A stretch of 64,000 nt of DNA from Eledone cirrhosa (Eukaryota), in the NCBI GenBank assembly GCA_964016885.1, contig OZ024754.1, positions 11,346,001 through 11,410,000 of the forward strand, written 5' to 3'. The notes beneath the pieces were generated by a model. The model made no database searches and was not told the origin of the DNA. It saw only the letters and a list, made by a program, of their open reading frames with translations. Positions 56,298-64,000 of this stretch are shown here, one piece after another (position 1 is the stretch's first letter; every line of letters begins with the position of its first letter). The translations under genes and the position numbers were made by a program.

Positions 56298-58321
56298 GTC
56301 TAGTCTGTTTTATATTATCTATTTGAAATTATTTGATTTTTGGTGAAAATTACAAGCTTTCCTCTTTTTTTATTGTAAGTCATACGTATTTGTTAATGTG
56401 TTGTGGGGTAAGTAAATTAAAACTCTAGGGAGGTGAGGGATCTACCAAATTCAGTCACAAGGCATTCATTGAACTGATTTGCACAAGATGACACACAGTG
56501 GAATGGAAACCCAAAACTATGCAGCTGTGAAGTGACACTTCTTAACCATACAGCCATGCCTGTACCTTATACTCTTTGATATATTTTAAATTTGTGTGGA
56601 ATTTAGCCATAAAACAGCTACTCCTGAAATGATAAATACAAGCATGTATCTATTGATAACACGAGAAAAAGCACCCTGTAAGATGGTCGTGCTGGTGACA
56701 CAACAAAAAGCTCCCATTCCCTGCTGTTCGGTGGTCATTTCGGTGCCACGATAAAAAGTACAGTCCACACTGTAACATGGTTGGCATAAGGAAGGGCATC
56801 TGACCATAGAAACCAAGTCAAAATACAGCTCCGTATGAGCATGATGAAGTCTCCAAACCTGACTTGTCTCATGTGACAACCCATGTAAGTGTGGAAAATA
56901 GCTGTTAAATGATGATGATGACGATTATACAAAATAAAAGTATGATATTTATTGATAGTTATTCAGATATTCTTGTATACATCCATCCATGGGCCCTTAA
57001 CTTTAGTGGAATCATAGGGTTGCCACCATGACATACATTGCGCATTTAAACCTGGCAGAACCCAACCCTCCCCAGGTTGGAACACTGCTGATTTCTTCCA
57101 GAGAGACAGTAAACAAGAAAGAGATATAGAGGAAGAATCAACCTCAGATTGGACTGGCACTTTATTTATCAACCTTGAAAGGATGAATGACAAATTTACC
57201 TCAGCAGGATTGGAACTCAGAGCACAGATAAGTCACTCTCGAGCCCGGAGGGTCATCAGGTCGATGCTTATCCCAGTTTTTCCAGGACAGGATGCCAGTC
57301 CATCGCAGGGTTAAACCCCCAGCTATTGCTGGTATTCATTTTCAGCTGAGTTTTACTGGAGCAACATGAAATGAAGTGCTTTGCTCAAGAACACAACACA
57401 ATCAAGGAATCAAACCCACAACATTATGATTGTAAACCCAACACCCTTACCACTAGGCCACATGCCCCCACTCAGAGCACAGAGATCCAGAATCTTTACT
57501 CTAGTTTACTGAAAATTTTCACAATAACTGCATCACATTGACATTTAAAATCTTTAGTTTACTGCAAATAAATGTTCACAACAATCTGTCCACTAGTAAA
57601 TGGTTTACTGAAAATTTACACTATCCTCTAGTAACGATACTACAAAAATTAGGATAAAGAAACGTATTTTTATATATTTTCTATTAAATTATTGCAGGAT
57701 ATTAAGAGTTAATATGAACCAAGGCTGCTATTTAAACTATTGATCTTTTGGAGAAATTTGAAAATGCAGCAGAAACGTGTTTTTTTTTTGTTAATAAAAA
57801 TTGTTTTATATTATAATTATTAGGAAACTTTGGTGGCGAATCGGCAGTCATCAAAACGTCAGATAGAATATTTTGCAGTATTTGTTCTGGCTCTCTACAC
57901 TCTGAGTTCAAATCCCACTGACACGAACTTTACCTTTCACCCTTCCAAGGTCGATTCTGCCTCAATATCTCTTTCTCACTCTCTATCCTTCTCTGGAAGA
58001 AATCTGCTGTGTTCAGACCTAGAGAGGAGATAATGAGCTCCACTAAGCTTTAAAAAAAAAAAAAAAAGGATTAATCGACTTTCGTCAAATCGGACCGAGG
58101 AAACAATATTTCCGGTGGTCTTTCCAGTTGCTAATACTATCTATCAGTCACAACTCCAGGTAGAAGGAGCAACGTGAAATAAAGTGTCTTGCTCAAGGAC
58201 ATAACGCAATAACGCATCACCCGGTCCAGGAATCAAACTCACAACCTCAAAATTGTGAATCCAATTCTCTAACCACTCAGCCACACGCCTTCACTACTAA
58301 GCTAAGGATGCTCAAGACACA

Positions 58322-59261
58322 CTGTATGTTACTACGGCACCCCTACGACTCCATCAGGAGTTATATGTTATTACGGCACCCCTACGACTCCATCAGGAGT
58401 TATATGTTACTATGGCACCCCTACGGTTCCATCAGGAGTTATATGTTACTATGGCACCCCTACGACTCCATCAGGAGTTATATGTTACTATGGCACCCCT
58501 ACGACTCCATCAGGAGTTATATGTTACTATGGCACCCCTACGGCTCCATCAGGAGTTATATGTTACTATGGCACCCCTACGGTTCCATCAGGAGTTATAT
58601 GTTACTATGGCACCCCTACGGTTCCATCAGGAGTTATATGTTACTATGGCACCCCTACGGTTCCATCAGGAGTTATATGTTACTATGGCACCCCTACGAC
58701 TCCATCAGGAGTTATATTTTACTATGGCACCCCTACGACTCCATCAGGAGTTATATGTTACTATGGCACCCCTACGACTCCATCAGGAGTTATATGTTAC
58801 TATGGCACCCCTACGGTTCCATCAGGAGTTATATTTTACTATGGCACCCCTACGGTTCCATCAGGAGTTATATGTTACTATGGCACCCCTACGACTCCAT
58901 CAGGAGTTATATTTTACTATGGCACCCCTACGGTTCCATCAGGAGTTATATGTTACTATGGCACCCCTACGACTCCATCAGGAGTTATATGTTACTATGG
59001 CACCCCTACGACTCCATCAGGAGTTATATGTTACTACGGCACCCCTACGACTCCATCAGGAGTTATATGTTACTACGGCACCCCTACGACTCCATCAGGA
59101 GTTATATGTTACTATGGCACCCCTACGACTCCATCAGGAGTTATATGTTACTATGGCACCCCTACGACTCCATCAGGAGTTATATGTTACTATGGCACCC
59201 CTACGACCCCATCAAACACTGTATGTTACTATGGCACCCCTACGACTCCATCAGGAGTTAC
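58322..59261. repeat. 39-bp minisatellite (about 24 copies) in the BAF-like intron
   Basis: Unit TATGTTACTATGGCACCCCTACGACTCCATCAGGAGTTA. Confidence 0.97.
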
Positions 59262-59331
59262 AGGTTCTCCTCCTCCTCCTCTTCCCATTAGAAAAATTGC
59301 TGATTTATTTTTCTCTCTTCTTCTAATTCAG

Positions 59332-59478
59332 GCTTATAATGTTCTGGGTAAGTTTCTAGTTCTAAACAAAAATGAGAAATTGTTTAAAGACTGGCTCATG
59401 GAGACTGTCGATGCCACTTCAGAACAGAGTCAAGAATGTTACCAATGTCTGAAGATCCAGTGTGACAATTTTCTGTAA
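59332..59478 (+). CDS. BANF1-like: BAF-like protein, coding exon 2 (AYNVLGKFLVLNKNEKLFKDWLMETVDATSEQSQECYQCLKIQCDNFL*); 86 aa in total
   Basis: Pyrimidine tract plus CAG; matches BAF AYxVLGxFLVL...FxxWL...CxxCL..CDxFL; AATAAA at 59562. Confidence 0.93.
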   Translation, partial: AYNVLGKFLVLNKNEKLFKDWLMETVDATSEQSQECYQCLKIQCDNFL

Positions 59479-60180
59479 AAAATTGCCTTTTCATATTTTG
59501 TTAAAAGATAATAATGAATTTTTAAATAATTCACTTTACTTTAATATAACAAAAACGTCTTAATAAAGTTTATTTACTATTGAAATTGCTTGGCTTCCAA
59601 ATTTAATTCAACTATTATATTTTTTTTTGAGAAATAAAATGTCTTCTAATATGTACTTTTGGATATGTGTTTGTCTGTGCAAATATTTTTTTTTCATCAT
59701 TTTACGTCCGCTTTTCCCTGCTTGCAGGGGTGGGACGGGAACTGATTCTGGCTTGATTTCTACAGCTGGATGCCCTTCCTAACACCAACCTCATTTACAG
59801 TGAGTGCTGGGTGCTATTTTGCCGTGGCTCCTACACGTCCACTTTGCAGTGGAATGATAGGGGTCACAGTCCCTATCATCTCATTCCTACAGCTGAGTAA
59901 ACTGGAGCAATGTAAAATAAAGTGTCTTGCTCAAGGAAACAACACATCACCCGGTCTGAGAATTGAACTCACAACCTTTCGATTGCAAGCCAAATGCTCT
60001 AACCACTAAGGTATGTGCCTCCATATATATATATAAGCAAGAGGATGAGTGAATGAAAGAGTTACATGCTGTTAAAACATATCTTTATATATATATATAT
60101 ATAATATATATAACATATCTTTATATATATATATATATATGAGAGTATTGAAGTTTGCTTGAAGCATTGTGGAACAATAA

Positions 60181-60662
60181 GTAAATATCTTTAAGTCGTT
60201 TGGAAGCCTCGACAATGCAAATGGGTAAATCTCCGGGTAACAAGGTCCGGTGGTGGAGAGAGAGATGTAAGTGGGTGTACGTTGAGATGCGTGGTGTGTA
60301 TAAGATGTTTGAGATGTGTAGAATGAAGGGAAGAGTATAAAGGATAAAATAAAAATAACAAGACAAGAGAGAGTTAGCTTGGGAGAGATTTAATAGTCCC
60401 TATATATTTCGGATTCACATCCATCAACTGGGGTTTTTTCCCGGGGTGGGGGAAAAGGTTGTCTGTCGGACAAGTCCGGAACGCGTCCTTCGCTGTTTGT
60501 TGTTTTGAATATCCCTTCATTCTACACATCTCACACATCTTATACACACCACGCATCTCAACGTACACCCACTTACATCTCTCTCTCCACCACCGGACCT
60601 TGTTACCCGGAGATTTACCCATTTACATTGTCGAGGCTTCCAAACGACTTAAAGATATTTAC
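60181..60662. mobile_element. Penelope-like remnant: inverted arms of about 151 bp around a degenerate hammerhead motif
   Basis: 60181-60331 versus 60512-60662; minus-strand hammerhead-like fold at 60398-60433; flanked by TA repeats. Confidence 0.65.
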
Positions 60663-60879
60663 ATATAATATAACATATCTTTATATATATATATAATATA
60701 TATAACATATCATATATATAATTATAAGAACAGATTTGTGGTTTTACCATTTCCATTACTCTATATTTACTATTGTATTTTGTGGTAAAGGCTTTATCTG
60801 ATACAATTATCTCACATCATATCAAATCTATGAGATTTTGAGAAGAAATACCTTAATATAAGTTTGAGCAGCCAGTTAT

Positions 60880-61130
60880 TAACGCCTGGACTGGTTTGGA
60901 CACGCCTTGAGACTTCCTCCGGAGAGACTGGCGAACCAAGTACTTAAATGGGGCCCGCAGGGAAGCAGACGGAGAGAGCAACCCAATATGAACTGGCGCC
61001 AGACAGTTGAGAGGGACCTGCGAGCGACAAACAGACAATGGCGGGACGCTGTGCAACTGGCTGCTGACCGAACGCGATGGAACACTATGATTGCCTCATG
61101 CGTCGCAAGACGCGGGAGCTTCTGAGTCTG
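60880..61130 (+). mobile_element. RTE-type LINE 3' fragment nested in a piggyBac-like MITE
   Basis: WTGLGHALRL...QVLKWGPQGSRR-like frame; duplicated target AGCCAGTTA on both sides. Confidence 0.8.
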
Positions 61131-61454
61131 AGCCAGTTACAGTTGGTTTGAACAGAAAGAGGTAAGAGAATTCTGGCCAGATATGGTCAGTTTAAATGCT
61201 AAAGGGTTAAAATATTTCAAAGAGGCTAACTGTACCAACACCAAAATAAAACCCATAGTTTAACAAACAATAACATAATCCATAGGAGTATAGTTGTGAA
61301 TATTTTATTGAGATTTAGAGAGAGAAACATTTTTACAATGAATTGAATAAAAATTAACATTAAAATTGCAAAGCATATGTTGAAAAAAACTTATTTTGTT
61401 GAAAATGAAGAAAAGATGTATGAAAATTTCAATTACTGTAATGCTGGAAATTAA

Positions 61455-61471
61455 TCAGATGAGATCAGCCA
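61455..61471 (-). CDS. EIF4A3: eIF4A-III last coding exon (VADLI*)
   Basis: 17 coding nt complete MPMNVADLI*; TAG acceptor; AATAAA about 150 nt downstream on the minus strand. Confidence 0.9.
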
Positions 61472-63189
61472 CTATAATTAAAAGAAAGAGAGAGAGAGAA
61501 AAATCAATTAATTGCTGTTTAAAACAATTATTTAGAAACGTTTCTTAATATGAACTATTGCAGTATCGGTAGAGGGTTGGATGCCATGCTTTCTAACATA
61601 GTTACGTCCCTTTATGATATGAGTTCAAATCCTGCCAAGGTTAACTTTGCCTTTCATCCTTACGGAGTCAATAAAATAAAGTACCAGTAATGCACTGGGA
61701 TAATTGCTGGCCTTGTGCCAAAAGTAGAAACAATATCAACTATAGACAATATTTTGTCCTAGCAGATAATGTCACAATTGATCAAACATCAAGATTAACC
61801 TAATGTCTATTTATAAACATAAAACAGTACAAGAATGAAATCCAGCTCAGCCCTTAACCCTTTACATTACTCTAATATATATTATTATATTTTCACAGTA
61901 AAGGCTTTACCTCACATAATTCTCCCATTTAATATCGAATTTATGAGATTTTGATATTATTTATTTTGAGAACAATACCTTAACGTTAGTATGAGTGGCC
62001 AGTTACAGCCAGTTTGAACAGAAAGAGGTGAGAGAATTCTGGACGGATATGGCCAGTTTAAATGCTAAAGGGTTAACTGGTACTTATTTTACCAACAATG
62101 GAAGGATAAAAGGCAATATTGATTTTCAAACGATTGGAATTCAGAAATAAAAGGTGATAAATTACTGCAAAGTATTTTTCTAGCACTTTACTATTCTGAT
62201 TTGTCTCACACCAATAGATATCTAATCCTTTTGGTGCCAACCAGTCCCTAGTTCTGATACAAACTTTATTTTAAAGTGTCTATATATATATATATATATA
62301 TATACATATATATATAAGGAAAAGAGTCACGACCCCAACAGCTAGATCTCTGGTGCGTTATGGTCCACATGCTATCTTACCACACCCTCTTTGCTATACA
62401 TACATACATACATATATATATATGAAGGCATATGGCTTAGTGTGTTTTTTCCTTGAGCAAGACACTTTATTTCACATGCTCCAGTTTACTCAGCTGTAGA
62501 AATGAGATGATAGGGTCTGGGGTCCCTATCATTCCACTGCAAAGTGGTCGTGGAGGTGCCATGGCAAAAAAGCACCCGGCCCACACTGTAAAGTGGACGT
62601 GTAGGCGCCACGGAAAAAAAAGCACCCAGCACTCACTGTAAATGAGGTTGGAGTTAGGAAGAGCATCCAGCTGTAGAAATCAAGCCAGAATCAGTTCCCG
62701 TCCCTCCCTTGCAAGCAGGGAAAAGCGGACGTAAAATGAAATGAAATGAAATCAAAACTTTCCACCAGCTTAATAATGAGAAAGCTAGTTATATTACTAA
62801 ATCTCTTGAAATTTTTAATTTTTCAAGGCAGAGTCTTTCATTAGAAATAGGATGATGAAAGGGTTAATCCAACAAGTTTTTGGTTATAAGCTTTTCCAAA
62901 TGCTTACTAAATTTTAAATTTCAGTGCCCAGTCCACACTGCAAAGTGGTCATCTAGGTGTCATGACAAAAAGCACCCAGTCCACACTGTAAATGTGGTTG
63001 GCATTAGGAAGGGCATCCATTTGTAGAAACCAAGCCAGAATCAGTTCTGTATGAGCAAGACATGGTCATCTGATCTGGCTTGTCTCACAACAGGACAACT
63101 TGTCTAACCCATGCTAGAGTGGAAAAATGGATGTTAAAAGGTGATGGTGATGATGATGAATTAAAATAAAATAAAAATAAAAATCTTAC

Positions 63190-63317
63190 CATTCATAGGC
63201 ATTTCATCTATCTGAGTGGAGTAGTACTGTTCAATATCACGCAAGATTCGGATATCGTCATTTTTTACAAAATTGATGGCAACACCTTTTCGTCCAAATC
63301 TCCCCGAACGTCCAATC
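63190..63317 (-). CDS. EIF4A3: eIF4A-III (exon junction complex DEAD-box helicase) penultimate exon; gene continues beyond the window
   Basis: [42 protein letters not shown]; 128 nt, AG/GTAAG. Confidence 0.97.
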
Positions 63318-64000
63318 CTATAAACACAATAAATTAATAACAAAAATTACTCCATGCTTATTTACAAGTAATTTTCCACAAGTGTGTGTGTATGTGTGTG
63401 TGTGTATGTATGTGTGTGTGTATGTATGTGTGTGTGTACGTGTGTATTCACAAATACATCACCGTCATGTTTCACATCTATTTTATCATGCAGACATTGG
63501 TTGGATGAGACCTTTTGAGGTACAATTATAACAGCCGGACTGGGTACTCTTATCATGTTACCTTACGGCGTGACCACCTTACAGGCTGGACTGGAAGCTT
63601 TTAGCCATTTCAGCAGCATTGTGGGATTGTGGGAGAACATGCTCAGCTTTCCATGCTTGTATACATGGGTTGGATAAGGGATGTGCATCACATGTGGGAC
63701 GTGCATGTATGAAGTGTGGGGCTTGGAGAAAAAGGTCTAGGGTGGGGTATTTAGCTGGTGGAGGGTGGAGTATGGCAGGGGGGAAGAGGAGTGGTGTGTA
63801 TCGGGTTTAGAATGGGTACACTGTATCCCTGCATGTCATAAGAAGTGGCTAAAAGGTTTGATGTCAGGATGGACATCTGGCTGTAAAAGCTTGCCTCAAA
63901 AAGTCTTGTCCAACCCATGCCAGCATGGAAAAGTTAACGTAAAAGCAATGATGATGATGATAACTTAAATGTTCATACAACATATATAGGTGGATTTCCG

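Noticed and set aside
58308-59326. 327-aa and 304-aa repeat-protein ORFs; CRISPR-like look
   Set aside because: The 39-bp unit is a multiple of 3 without stops; it sits in the BAF-like intron and has no unique spacers or cas genes
63440-63620. Possible intronic snoRNA in eIF4A3
   Set aside because: No convincing C/D or H/ACA box arrangement on the minus strand

Overview
AT-rich, repeat-dense animal genomic DNA. It is very probably from a coleoid cephalopod (Octopus-like), judging by the huge (TA)n/(CA)n arrays, two abundant tRNA-derived SINE families and RTE LINEs; the taxon is an inference. The long YI/YM/CV/TH ORFs in the track are microsatellite artefacts. Splicing exons by hand (GT-AG, phase-consistent) gives four genes: (1) a minus-strand TJAP1/BEGAIN-family coiled-coil gene (25230->9122); (2) a minus-strand gene of about 620 aa (42795->35897) whose C-terminal half resembles the TRF2/HOY1-type PH-like domain that I know mainly from plants, fungi and amoebae; (3) a plus-strand, divergent, two-coding-exon barrier-to-autointegration factor (BAF) paralog (56184-59478); (4) the last two exons of eIF4A3 on the minus strand. 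The rest is RTE LINEs, Penelope-like remnants, Tigger/mariner/piggyBac/Helitron pieces and TE-derived minisatellites. The most interesting non-coding signals are several minimal type-I hammerhead ribozyme motifs (one with a compensatory U3-A8 core pair, one with an intact core just upstream of the TJAP1 first exon), a (TA)n-embedded element family with a nested palindrome whose arms co-vary between copies, and several long near-perfect foldbacks. All homology calls are from recognition, not database searches, and repeat boundaries are approximate.
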